Part shown: one piece after another, positions 28,351 to 38,243 of the stretch
How the letters are laid out: each line of letters opens with the position of its first letter
How positions within the stretch are numbered: position 1 is the first letter of the stretch
Source: Oceanispirochaeta sp.
GTDB taxonomy: Bacteria; Spirochaetota; Spirochaetia; DSM-2461
NCBI GenBank assembly: GCA_963663385.2
Contig: CAXXXD010000003.1
Location: 1,344,001-1,408,000, forward strand
Length of the DNA stretch: 64,000 nt
Reading direction: 5' to 3'
Translations under genes and position numbers: made by a program
Notes under the pieces: model-generated
Database searches by the model: none
What the model saw: the letters and a program-made list of their open reading frames with translations, nothing else
Told to the model about the DNA's origin: nothing

Positions 28351-29100
28351 ATGAAGAAGATCCTTTCCTTTACATCCAGAAAAATAAGCCGCGCCCTGTT
28401 TGAATATGAAATGATCCGGCCGGGAGACCGGATCCTGACAGCCGTTTCAGGAGGTAAGGATTCCATGATCCTTTCCTATTTCCTGAATAAAATGATGAAA
28501 TCCTTTCCTGTTCCCTTCAAAGCGGATTTCATTCATATCCGGTCCGAGTTTTCAGATCCTGATGAGAATGATTTCCTGAAAAGAAAAATGGAAGAGTGGG
28601 GGATTCCCCTTATTGAAATACCACTTATCCTTGAAGAGCATTTAAAATCCGGAAAAAAGATGAGCTGTTACCATTGTGCCAGCATCAGACGGAAAACCCT
28701 TTTAAGATATGCCGTCCGGAAAGGATACAGCAGCCTTGCTCTGGGACATCATATGGATGATATTCTGGAATCTGTTCTTATGAATATGATTTTTAACAGC
28801 GAACTATCCTCCATGGTTCCCCATCTACTGTATGAAAATGGCCCTCTGCGTCTTATCCGGCCACTATCTCTTCTTTCTGAAAAACATCTACGGGAAGCTG
28901 GAGGTAAAATGGAACTAATCAGGGAATCCTGCCAATGCCCTTATGAAGGAAAATCCAGAAGAAAAGATATGAGAAGAGCTCTTGATCTTATGACTTCTGA
29001 CAACCCGTCTCTTAAAAACAACATGTTTAACTCTCTCAGTCGGTTGAAAACAGAATTTCTTCCCCCGGGAGCACTGAAGAATGTATATAAAAGAGATTAA
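28351..29100 (+). CDS. ttcA: TtcA-family tRNA thiolation protein
   Basis: PP-loop SGGKDS, CYHC, LGHHMDD, IRPL, second Cys motif CQCP. Confidence 0.8.
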   Translation: MKKILSFTSRKISRALFEYEMIRPGDRILTAVSGGKDSMILSYFLNKMMKSFPVPFKADFIHIRSEFSDPDENDFLKRKMEEWGIPLIEIPLILEEHLKSGKKMSCYHCASIRRKTLLRYAVRKGYSSLALGHHMDDILESVLMNMIFNSELSSMVPHLLYENGPLRLIRPLSLLSEKHLREAGGKMELIRESCQCPYEGKSRRKDMRRALDLMTSDNPSLKNNMFNSLSRLKTEFLPPGALKNVYKRD

Positions 29101-29415
29101 AATACGGTGAATTTAAATTATAGTACCACCCAATTTAACAACATATTTGTATGATTTAAGACTTTTTCCGATTAATCATATTTAAGTATTAAAAATAGAA
29201 CTACAATCTTAGTCAATTTTAATTATTCCCATTAGAAAATCACTTTTTTTTAAACGATGTTTTTTGCAAGTAATAACATTTTAAAAAACGTATTATGTAG
29301 AACGGGGAGACTCTTTCTACATAATACAAAAAAAAAAGGTCAGATATCACAAATATCGTATTTTATGAGATAAACATCGGTTTTAACAGGAAAAAATATC
29401 AACAAAAACTCAACA

Positions 29416-29444
29416 TTGACAATTTACCTGTTTAATTCTATAAA
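29416..29444 (+). promoter_or_regulatory. Sigma70 promoter of the liv operon
   Basis: TTGACA - 17 nt - TATAAA, 47 nt before livK. Confidence 0.65.
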
Positions 29445-29491
29445 AAATTAAACTAATATTAGAATTGTTTTAAATACTCAAAGGAGAAAGT

Positions 29492-30610
29492 ATGAAAAAG
29501 TTTTTAGTTGTTCTTCTGATTACGTCTGTTCTTCTGGGTGCTTTTGTATCCTGTAAGAAAGAAAGCGACACAATTAAAATCGGTGTAGCCGGTGCCCATT
29601 CCGGAGACCTTGCATCTTATGGTTTACCCTCAGTAAAAGCTGCCGAACTTGTAGTCGATATGTACAACGCCAATGGCGGTGTTCTGGGTCGTCAGGTTGA
29701 ACTGGTCATTGAAGATGACGTATGTAAACCCGAAGTTGCTACAAATACTGCTTCCAAACTGGTTGGTGACGGTGTAGTAGCTGTTGTCGGTCATATCTGC
29801 AGCGGAGCAACAAAAGCGGCCCTCAGTATTTATAAGGATGAAAATATCATTGCGATTTCTCCTTCCGCAACGAATCCTCCCCTTACAAAAAGCGGAGATT
29901 ACCCCAACTTTTTCAGAACCATTGCTCCGGATGATGCACAGGCTGAAGTTGAGGTTAATTACGCTGTAGAAACACTGGGGCTGAAAAAAATTGCTATCCT
30001 TCATGACAAAGGTGACTATGGTAAAGGATTTGCCGAATTCTGCAAGTCCATGCTCGAAGCCAAAGGTAATGTTGAAATCCTGATGTTTGAAGGCATTCAG
30101 GTTGGTGCAGTAGACTATTCTGCAATCATTAATAAACTTGCCGCCTCCGGTGCGGAAGGTGTAATCTTCGGTGGTTACCACCCGGAAGCTTCCAAACTGA
30201 TCAGTCAGATGAAAAAGAAAAAACTTGACCTTGTTTTCATGTCTGAAGACGGTGTTAAGGATGATACATTCATCAAGGTTGCCGCTGAATACGCGGAAGG
30301 TGTCTATGCTACCGGTCCCGTTGATACAACATCCAATCCCATGGCTGTAAAAGCAGCTGCAGACCATGTTGCCAAATACGGGGAAGAACCCGGAGCGTTT
30401 TTCCTGAATGCTTATGCCGCCACCGTTGCCATACTGAATGCTATCGATAAAGCAGGATCTACTGATTTTGATGCTGTAAGCGCAGCACTGAGAAGCGAAT
30501 ATGTTGAAACTCCTCTTGGAAAAATCAGTTTTGATAAAGCAGGAGATGCCATTGGTGTAGGTTTTGCTGTATATCAGGTTCAGAATGGAGCTTTTGTTGA
30601 ACTGAAGTAA
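29492..30610 (+). CDS. livK: Branched-chain amino-acid ABC substrate-binding lipoprotein
   Basis: Lipobox FVSC, IKIGVAG..SG, GHICSGAT, HDKGDYGKG. Confidence 0.9.
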   Translation: MKKFLVVLLITSVLLGAFVSCKKESDTIKIGVAGAHSGDLASYGLPSVKAAELVVDMYNANGGVLGRQVELVIEDDVCKPEVATNTASKLVGDGVVAVVGHICSGATKAALSIYKDENIIAISPSATNPPLTKSGDYPNFFRTIAPDDAQAEVEVNYAVETLGLKKIAILHDKGDYGKGFAEFCKSMLEAKGNVEILMFEGIQVGAVDYSAIINKLAASGAEGVIFGGYHPEASKLISQMKKKKLDLVFMSEDGVKDDTFIKVAAEYAEGVYATGPVDTTSNPMAVKAAADHVAKYGEEPGAFFLNAYAATVAILNAIDKAGSTDFDAVSAALRSEYVETPLGKISFDKAGDAIGVGFAVYQVQNGAFVELK

Positions 30611-30808
30611 TACCAGTAATTTAATAAAGGGGCCATGCAAAGGGGATTTTTGTTAGTTATACGGCATTGATGATCTGTTTTTTAATTGTCAAAATTTTTA
30701 AGCAGACCGGTATTTACCGGAAGATCAATCAGGGTAAACTTAACAGATCTACACTTTTGCATTAGCTCCTTTTGTTGATTAATAATTTCGGTATTTAAAA
30801 AAAAGGAG

Positions 30809-31729
30809 ATGGATTATTCCATGAATTTCGAATACTTTTTTTCACTTTTTCTTGGTGGTTTAACAAGGGGTAGTATTTATGCCCTGATAGCACTTGGTTA
30901 TACCATGGTTTACGGGATCATTAAACTGATCAATTTTGCCCATGGTGAAATTTACATGATCGGAGCTTTTACTGCTCTGATTATCGGGGGAGCGTTAACC
31001 CTTACAGGTTTAAACCCTGTCCTGATTTTTATATTTGCAGCGCTGGCAGCTGTTATCTATTCTGCCGCCTATGGTTTAACTATGGAAAAACTGGCCTACA
31101 AGCCCTTGAGAAAAGCTCCCAGGCTTTCCGCTTTAATCAGTGCCATAGGTATGTCCATTTTCCTGCAGAATTATGTTCTGCTGGCTCAGACTTCAGATTT
31201 TCAACCTTTTCCAAATCTTCTTCCCGAATTTAATTTTCTCAAACCGGTCGAAAATTTTCTGACAACAACACAGTTTCTCATACTCGTGAGCACAACAGTG
31301 GTTATGATACTTCTTACTTTCCTTATAAAATTTACCAGAATGGGAAAAGCAATGAGAGCTACCTCACAGGATAAGGATATGGCTCAACTGGTTGGCATTA
31401 ATGTTGACCGTGTAATTTCCCTTACTTTTATTATAGGATCGGCTACTGCCGCATTGGGCGGTGTTCTGATCAGCTCCCATATCGGACAGATTAACTTCTA
31501 TATCGGATTTATTGCCGGTATCAAGGCTTTTGTCGCTGCCGTTCTTGGCGGTATCGGAAGTATCCCCGGTGCTGTACTTGGCAGTTTTGTACTGGGGCTG
31601 ACAGAGAGCTACGGTACAGGATATATATCCAGTGATTATGAAGATGCATTTGCCTTTATCATTCTCATTCTTATCCTGATTTTCAAACCCTCCGGTCTTC
31701 TGGGAAGAAAAGAGAATGAAAAAGTCTGA
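30809..31729 (+). CDS. livH: Branched-chain amino-acid ABC permease
   Basis: GSIYALIALGYTMVYGIIKLINFAHGE, AAVLGGIGSIPGA. Confidence 0.93.
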   Translation: MDYSMNFEYFFSLFLGGLTRGSIYALIALGYTMVYGIIKLINFAHGEIYMIGAFTALIIGGALTLTGLNPVLIFIFAALAAVIYSAAYGLTMEKLAYKPLRKAPRLSALISAIGMSIFLQNYVLLAQTSDFQPFPNLLPEFNFLKPVENFLTTTQFLILVSTTVVMILLTFLIKFTRMGKAMRATSQDKDMAQLVGINVDRVISLTFIIGSATAALGGVLISSHIGQINFYIGFIAGIKAFVAAVLGGIGSIPGAVLGSFVLGLTESYGTGYISSDYEDAFAFIILILILIFKPSGLLGRKENEKV

Positions 31730-31750
31730 TCAGACAAAGAGAGAAACATT

Positions 31751-32962
31751 GTGATTAGTTTGAAAAAAATAAAAAAAGCAGCTTTGACAGCATTATGGTT
31801 TATGTTTCTGACATTTCCCCTGATGGTGATGAAAGTTAATACAATAGAAAACACAGTTATCTGGCGTTGGAAAAATCTGGCATATGTAGGTGTAGGTGCT
31901 TTCTTTTTTTCCATGATATGGGAAGATCTTCTTAAAAGAAGAGACGAAGGATCAGGCAGGAAAAAGGACGACACCCTGAGTGCACGGGTCGCAAAACACT
32001 TGGAAAACAGTAAAATCAAGTACTCTTCTCTGGGTGTTATTCTACTAATTGTTGTTCTGTTCCCCTTTGTCATGTCCATGTATCAGACAAATATTATGAT
32101 TACAGCCCTGATGTATGTAGTATTGGGTCTGGGATTAAATATCGTTGTCGGTTTTGGCGGGCTCCTGCATTTAGGGTATGCAGCTTTCTACGCCGTCGGA
32201 GCCTACACATACGGATTGCTCTATTATCACTTCGGTTTGAATTTCTGGGTATGTATACCGATCGGAGCAGCGCTGAGTGCCCTTTTTGGTATCCTCCTGG
32301 GATTCCCCGTTTTACGTCTCAGGGGAGACTACCTTGCTATTGTAACTCTTGCATTTGGAGAGATTGTGCGCCTGATACTGGAGAACTGGAATGATTTTTC
32401 ATTTGGTCCAAGCGGTATAGCCCAGATTCCACGCCCTATGCTCTTCGGTATTAAACTTCGCCTGGCGGAGGTAACAACCCTGACATACTTCATAGCCATT
32501 TTTCTGACAATCCTGACTATTATAGTTATCAGACGGATGGAAAGTTCCCGGATAGGCAGAGCCTGGGAAGCTATGAGAGAAGATGAGATAGCCTGTCAGG
32601 CAATGGGAATTGATATTACCAGAGCCAAGTTGACCGCTTTTTCCATGGGCGCTGTATGGGCAGGAATTATGGGTGTACTCTTTGCAGCAAAAACAACATT
32701 TATAAACCCGGCCAGTTTTACGACATGGGAGTCAATAGTTATTCTCTGTGTTGTCGTTATCGGCGGTATGGGTTCTATTCCAGGTGTAATAGCGGGAGCC
32801 CTTATATTTATTTTAACACCCGAATATCTTAGGGCGTTTTCCGAATACAGAATGCTGATTTTCGGTTTGGCTCTGGTTATTATGATGATCTTTAAACCGG
32901 GTGGAATCATTCCTAAGATCCGAAAGAACTATCAGTTTAAAACGAAGGAGATCAAAGAATGA
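31751..32962 (+). CDS. livM: Branched-chain amino-acid ABC permease
   Basis: GLNIVVG..GLL.LGYAAF, LRLRGDYLAIVTLAFGEI, AMREDE. Confidence 0.93.
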   Translation: MISLKKIKKAALTALWFMFLTFPLMVMKVNTIENTVIWRWKNLAYVGVGAFFFSMIWEDLLKRRDEGSGRKKDDTLSARVAKHLENSKIKYSSLGVILLIVVLFPFVMSMYQTNIMITALMYVVLGLGLNIVVGFGGLLHLGYAAFYAVGAYTYGLLYYHFGLNFWVCIPIGAALSALFGILLGFPVLRLRGDYLAIVTLAFGEIVRLILENWNDFSFGPSGIAQIPRPMLFGIKLRLAEVTTLTYFIAIFLTILTIIVIRRMESSRIGRAWEAMREDEIACQAMGIDITRAKLTAFSMGAVWAGIMGVLFAAKTTFINPASFTTWESIVILCVVVIGGMGSIPGVIAGALIFILTPEYLRAFSEYRMLIFGLALVIMMIFKPGGIIPKIRKNYQFKTKEIKE

Positions 32963-33753
32963 GCAATGCCCCCATACTGGAAGTAAATGACCTCTCCATG
33001 GTTTTCGGCGGGTTAAAGGCTGTGGACAATGTCAGCCTCAAGATTGACAAAGGGGAAATCGTAGCCCTGATTGGACCTAATGGAGCCGGAAAAACGACCT
33101 TTTTTAACTGTGTAACAGGTGTCTATGTGCCAACCCACGGAGAAGTGAAAGTTAACACTCCCGAGGGAAAATCTTTTATTCTGAATGGATTAAAGCCAAA
33201 TGTGATCAATGAAAAAGGTCTGGCTCGAACTTTTCAGAATATCCGTCTTTTCAGCAACATGACCGTCCTGGAGAATGTTATGATCGGCAGGCACCAGTGT
33301 CTGAAATCCGGTATCTTCAGCTCGGTACTGAGAACTCCGGCTAACAGAAGAGAAGAAGAAAAGGTTCTTGAAGACAGTTACGAGATTCTTAAAAAGATTG
33401 GTCTCGATGAATATGTAAATGAACTGGCCAGCAATCTTCCCTACGGTGCGCAGAGAAGGCTGGAAATTGCCAGAGCCATGGCAACGGAACCTTTTCTTCT
33501 GCTGCTTGATGAACCGGCAGCCGGGATGAATCCCCAGGAAACAAATGAACTGGTAGAGTTAATCCTTCGTCTTCGAAAGGAGGAGGATATTTCCATTCTT
33601 CTCATCGAACATGATATGAGCCTTGTCATGACTCTGTCTGAACGGATCTATGTTGTTGACTATGGAAAAATGATTGCCGAAGGAACTCCCCAGGAAATCA
33701 AGAATAATCCTCAGGTTATAAAGGCTTATCTGGGAGAAGATATCGATGCTTAA
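32959..33753 (+). CDS. livG: Branched-chain amino-acid ABC ATPase
   Basis: GPNGAGKTT, ARTFQNIRLF, LPYGAQRRLE, IEHDM. Confidence 0.93.
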   Translation: MSNAPILEVNDLSMVFGGLKAVDNVSLKIDKGEIVALIGPNGAGKTTFFNCVTGVYVPTHGEVKVNTPEGKSFILNGLKPNVINEKGLARTFQNIRLFSNMTVLENVMIGRHQCLKSGIFSSVLRTPANRREEEKVLEDSYEILKKIGLDEYVNELASNLPYGAQRRLEIARAMATEPFLLLLDEPAAGMNPQETNELVELILRLRKEEDISILLIEHDMSLVMTLSERIYVVDYGKMIAEGTPQEIKNNPQVIKAYLGEDIDA

Positions 33754-34453
33754 TATTCAAAATATCAGTACATTTTATGGTAACATACAGGCTTTGAAGG
33801 ATATTTCCATTTCTGTTCAGGAAGGGGAAATCATTACTCTCATTGGTGCCAACGGGGCGGGCAAGTCTACAACCCTCATGTCCCTTTGCGGTATCGTACC
33901 TGTTAAAAGCGGTTCAATAACTTTTGATGGTAAGGATATCACTCAGATGTCTCCCGATAGAATCGTCTCCCTTGGTATATCACAGGTTCCTGAGGGCAGG
34001 AGAATTTTCCCTCTACTTTCTGTTAAAGAAAACCTGGATATGGGGGCTTTTTTACGAAATGACAAGGAAGAGATTAAAAAAGATATCGAATATATCTACT
34101 CCCTTTTTCCCCGTCTGGCGGAAAGAAGGAACCAGCAGGGAGGAACCTTGAGCGGAGGAGAACAGCAGATGCTGGCTATCTCCCGTGCCATTATGGCCCG
34201 TCCACGGCTTCTCCTTCTTGATGAACCGTCACTCGGGCTGGCTCCGCTTATTGTTCAGCAGATTTTTGAAATTATTAAAAAGATTAATGAGGAGAACAAT
34301 ACAACAATCTTCCTGGTTGAGCAGAACGCTAATATGGCGCTTAAAATTGCTCACAGGGGATATGTTCTTGAAACGGGAACTATCACCATGACCGATGATG
34401 CGGATAAACTCCTCTCCAACGAAGAAGTCAAAAAAGCTTATCTGGGTATATAA
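33746..34453 (+). CDS. livF: Branched-chain amino-acid ABC ATPase
   Basis: GANGAGKST, VPEGRRIF, LSGGEQQM, VEQNA. Confidence 0.93.
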   Translation: MLNIQNISTFYGNIQALKDISISVQEGEIITLIGANGAGKSTTLMSLCGIVPVKSGSITFDGKDITQMSPDRIVSLGISQVPEGRRIFPLLSVKENLDMGAFLRNDKEEIKKDIEYIYSLFPRLAERRNQQGGTLSGGEQQMLAISRAIMARPRLLLLDEPSLGLAPLIVQQIFEIIKKINEENNTTIFLVEQNANMALKIAHRGYVLETGTITMTDDADKLLSNEEVKKAYLGI

Positions 34454-34479
34454 CGCTTTTATTGCAGTATTCCCAAATC

Positions 34480-34525
34480 TCTAACCTCTCTCCCTCTGGT
34501 AGAGGGGCCAGGGGAGAGGATTAGA
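34480..34525. repeat. BoxC/REP-like palindrome between convergent genes
   Basis: tctaacctctctccctctggtagaggggccaggggagaggattaga; resembles 9147-9310. Confidence 0.6.
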
Positions 34526-34570
34526 AATGTACAAACTGATACGTAACAATAACACTAAAGATATATAGTA

Positions 34571-35368
34571 TTAAATCAGAATACCTTCCCGGTACTGTCC
34601 CGGTTTAACTGCAGCCCCTTTATACAATTCATCAATAATCTGGATAAGTTCCCTGTTGATGCGGATGATATCCGCCAGACTTGTCCAGGGATAACCGCTT
34701 AACAGTATTTCCTGTTCCATTCCACCCAGGCTGGAGGGATTCTTTAACCACAGATAGGTTACGGGAGTAACCTCATCAGCAGGAATCAGTTGAAGCATGC
34801 CAGGTAGAATCCTGTTGTCCACCCAGAAAGGGTCGATATTTTTGCATATATATATGATATACCAGTAAGAAAATTCACTTTTCTCATTAAACCTGCTGCG
34901 AATCATCCAGGGAGTATCAGAAAACAGAGTGCTGTACTGTACCAGATAGGACATTTCCTGAAGTACTTCAATCCTCAGTTTTTGGAGTAAGGCTGGTGAG
35001 GATTCGTTATCCGGACCATAATGGGGATTTATATAATATTCAATAAACTTCCTCTTGTCGGAATCCGACCAGTTAGTGAATTTAAGGGCAGCTGTTATTT
35101 TTTCAACGATAAAAAGATCCCTGGAGGCAAACAGATTGACCCTCAGGGTCAACCACTCCACACTGTCAATATCCCGTGATACCTCCGATAACAAATCATC
35201 AATTGCCGAAATACCGGATTGAATTTCCTCTATGGTATTATCGACAGTGAATGGTTCAGCTGGAGTCAGTTCGGGAAGATCTTTATTCTCATTAATATCA
35301 GTGTTCAGACTTGCACAGGAAGCCAGAAAAAAAAGAATTATCAATAAATAGGGACTAATCTTACTCAT
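34571..35368 (-). CDS. Hypothetical lipoprotein
   Basis: Signal peptide with lipobox LASC; start moved to MSKISPY at 35368. Confidence 0.7.
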   Translation of the reverse strand: MSKISPYLLIILFFLASCASLNTDINENKDLPELTPAEPFTVDNTIEEIQSGISAIDDLLSEVSRDIDSVEWLTLRVNLFASRDLFIVEKITAALKFTNWSDSDKRKFIEYYINPHYGPDNESSPALLQKLRIEVLQEMSYLVQYSTLFSDTPWMIRSRFNEKSEFSYWYIIYICKNIDPFWVDNRILPGMLQLIPADEVTPVTYLWLKNPSSLGGMEQEILLSGYPWTSLADIIRINRELIQIIDELYKGAAVKPGQYREGILI

Positions 35369-35424
35369 ACACTGATTATACCTCATTTAATAGCATCTAC
35401 AACTTTGTATATATTATATGTTAT

Positions 35425-35652
35425 ATGAAATTTAAAATCTTAAAATACGACATTCGCGAGATCCAGATTACTCTGGACTGAATGGCTCCTGTTCATGATG
35501 CCAGACGTACCTTAAAAGGCGGCCAGCCCACTTTCCTGACAATCTCGAATAATGTGACCGAATGCCTTGCTGCAGGGATTCCCGTAAACCTGAGGGTTGT
35601 TCTGGACAGACGTACGATTGCTGCAATAAACATCTCCAGAGAACTGGTCTGA
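35425..35652 (+). pseudogene. Remnant of a radical SAM (SPASM/anaerobic sulfatase maturase-like) gene
   Basis: IREIQITLD*MAPVHDARRTLKGGQPTF...GIPVNLRVVLDR, with TGA at 35479 where the family has LDG. Confidence 0.7.
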
Positions 35653-35675
35653 AAGACTTCTTCTCCCTTCTGATT

Positions 35676-37139
35676 CTACATCAGAGGAGAGAAGATCCGG
35701 CAAAAAGAGTTTCTCAACTGTTTCAAAAGGGACAAAGATTGAATCTCGTCCAATGTTATTTCACGGCATAATGATTTATCACTGTTAAACTGATTTTTCA
35801 GTTCAGCAGCAAGGGACTCATCATAAAAAACAGCATTCACTTCGTAGTTCAGTTTAAAACTGCGGATATCCATATTGCATGTACCAACTGTAGATACAAT
35901 ATTATCCATAACAATAACCTTACTGTGAAGAAAGCCTGCTTCATAGTGGAGGATTTTTACACCGGCATCCAGCAGAGGTTGAAAGTAGGTGAATGCGGAC
36001 CACCAGGCTATGTGTTTATCGGGAATACCCGCCATCATCAATGTAACATCAACACCGCTTAAAGCTGCCGATTCCATGGCCTTCAGTATGGCATCGTCCG
36101 GAATAAAGTAGGGACTCTGTATCAGAATCTCATGTTTGGCATTGGTTATCATATTAAAGTAGAGAAGCTCTATGGAACCCCATTTTGAATCGGGACCGCT
36201 TACGGCAACCTGTATCGGTATACCGCTGATATCCTCCAGCTGCTCTGGAAAAAAAACTTCCTTTATGAGCATTTCGTTTTTACAGTTAAACCAGTCTGTT
36301 AAAAAAATCGTTTGAAGGATTGATACGCAGCTACCCGTCAGTCTGACATGGGTATCCCGCCACTCACTGAAATGGGATCCACCGGTTATATATTCCTCGC
36401 CTATGTTCATCCCGCCTGTATAAGCAATTCGACCATCGATTACAACAATTTTTTTATGGTTGCTATAGTTGATTTTCAGCCTTGCGATCAGTCTGTTCAA
36501 GTCCATAAAATAACTGAACTCTATACCGGCATCTCTCAGTTCCCGTCTGTATTTAAAGGATATTCGTCCGAAAGAACCTAATCCGTCAAATATAAGCTTT
36601 ACCTGAACGCCAGTTCTGGCACGTTCGATCAGAATATCTTTAATTCGTTCTCCAAGAGAATCGGACCTCCATATGAAATACTCCATATGAATGGAAGTTT
36701 CAGCCCTCTTCAGTTCATTCAGCATGTCATCAAAATGCTCTTTTCCCCGGAAATATACCTTTACCTGATTATCAAGAGTTAAAGGGACCTGATTGGAAGT
36801 AAGCAGCAGATTCATGTTCTTTATTACATCCTGCATCGTTTCATCTTTACTGATTTCCGACTCATTAATCATATATTTCTGATCGGATAGCTCTTTCCCG
36901 AGATGTTCCTTAAAAAAGTCCTCGGGAAGTTGGGAAACAAGCTTATACCGATTCCACTTTCGCCATTCCACACCTATTAATATATAAAGCCCTATACCAA
37001 TCACAGGTACAATAAGAATAACAAGTATCCAGGCAATTGATGCTTCGCTCTGTTTGTTGGAAATTATAATTTCCAGAATAGCAATTATAGTAATAAAGAT
37101 GTTTAATATATAAAGATTTTCAATAATAGTGCTGATCAT
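35676..37139 (-). CDS. cls: Cardiolipin synthase
   Basis: Two HKD motifs (NHKKIVVIDG, LHSKVIVMD) and two N-terminal TM helices. Confidence 0.93.
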   Translation of the reverse strand: MISTIIENLYILNIFITIIAILEIIISNKQSEASIAWILVILIVPVIGIGLYILIGVEWRKWNRYKLVSQLPEDFFKEHLGKELSDQKYMINESEISKDETMQDVIKNMNLLLTSNQVPLTLDNQVKVYFRGKEHFDDMLNELKRAETSIHMEYFIWRSDSLGERIKDILIERARTGVQVKLIFDGLGSFGRISFKYRRELRDAGIEFSYFMDLNRLIARLKINYSNHKKIVVIDGRIAYTGGMNIGEEYITGGSHFSEWRDTHVRLTGSCVSILQTIFLTDWFNCKNEMLIKEVFFPEQLEDISGIPIQVAVSGPDSKWGSIELLYFNMITNAKHEILIQSPYFIPDDAILKAMESAALSGVDVTLMMAGIPDKHIAWWSAFTYFQPLLDAGVKILHYEAGFLHSKVIVMDNIVSTVGTCNMDIRSFKLNYEVNAVFYDESLAAELKNQFNSDKSLCREITLDEIQSLSLLKQLRNSFCRIFSPLM

Positions 37140-37251
37140 GATTCCTCCGACCGTCCGCTTACTCCATTTTGAAAGATGTTTCCTGTTTTATCAATTCAAT
37201 TCATCACACGAACTTCCCTTTATCCACATTTTCTGGTATTTTTCATGCCAT

Positions 37252-38181
37252 ATGGAAGCATTTATTCTAGGAACCGGCGGTATGATGCCCCTGCCGGGCA
37301 GATTTTTAACTTCAGTTCTCCTTCGTAGAGAAGGAGACCTTTTTCTGTTTGATTGCGGAGAGGGCACACAGATTTCTTTAAAAAAGCTTAATCTTCGTTG
37401 GAAGAAAATTACTAGCATATTTATTTCCCATACCCATGCTGATCATATTACCGGTCTTCCGGGGATTCTTATGCTGTCCTCCCAGGTTGAGCGATCCGAA
37501 CCTTTAACGATAATAGGTCCTCCCAAAATTCGTGAGTATATTGAGAGCAGCAGGAAGGTTCTGGATATGTTTATTAACTATGAGATCATAGTCAAGGAGA
37601 TTGAGAATCCGTCTGAACCTGGAGTAGTTTTTGAAACAGATGAATTCCGGATCCGTTCTTTTCCTTTGAATCATTCTAAAGTATGTGTCGGTTATACATT
37701 GGAGGAAAAAGATAGACCGGGAATATTCTATCCTGAAAAAGCACGCTCTCTGAATATTCCGGTCGGGCCCCTATGGTCCAAACTTCAAAATGGCAATACG
37801 ATTGAGCATGAAGGACAGAAAATACAGCCTTCCGATGTAATGGGGGAACCGAGAAAGGGGAGAAAATTCAGTTTTGTAACTGACACATCCTATATCCCTT
37901 CAATTTCAAGGGAAGTTAAGGATTCGGATCTCTTTATTTGTGAAGGCATGTTTGAACAAGCGCTCCTGATTTCTGCAAAAGAAAAAAAACACCTGACTTC
38001 CACTCAGTCAGCAAAAATTGCTAAAAAAGCCGGTGGTGTTAAGAAAATGGGATTGATTCATTATAGTCCCCGTTATACAGAGAGGGATCTGCATAATCTC
38101 CTTAAAGAAGCACGAACTGTTTTTCCGGAAACCTTTCTATGCCGTGACCAGATGATTCTGGAAATTCCCTTTACCGAATAA
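37252..38181 (+). CDS. rnz: Ribonuclease Z
   Basis: LGTGGMMP, DCGEGTQ, SHTHADH, exosite GP segment, HYSPRY; start moved to 37252. Confidence 0.93.
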   Translation: MEAFILGTGGMMPLPGRFLTSVLLRREGDLFLFDCGEGTQISLKKLNLRWKKITSIFISHTHADHITGLPGILMLSSQVERSEPLTIIGPPKIREYIESSRKVLDMFINYEIIVKEIENPSEPGVVFETDEFRIRSFPLNHSKVCVGYTLEEKDRPGIFYPEKARSLNIPVGPLWSKLQNGNTIEHEGQKIQPSDVMGEPRKGRKFSFVTDTSYIPSISREVKDSDLFICEGMFEQALLISAKEKKHLTSTQSAKIAKKAGGVKKMGLIHYSPRYTERDLHNLLKEARTVFPETFLCRDQMILEIPFTE

Positions 38182-38204
38182 TACTGAACCAATAGAGAAT
38201 AGTT

Positions 38205-38242
38205 ATTAACGCCCCTCAAGCAAAGTCTGAAGGGGCGTTAAT
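38205..38242. terminator. Terminator hairpin between convergent genes
   Basis: attaacgcccct...aggggcgttaat with T-rich tail. Confidence 0.7.
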
Positions 38243-38243
38243 T

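Noticed and set aside
29630..30640. 336-aa minus-strand ORF
   Set aside because: Antisense shadow of livK with no recognisable motifs
35479..35481. Selenocysteine or recoding at the in-frame TGA
   Set aside because: The position corresponds to a conserved Gly and the gene is truncated on both sides; other genes here use TGA as stop
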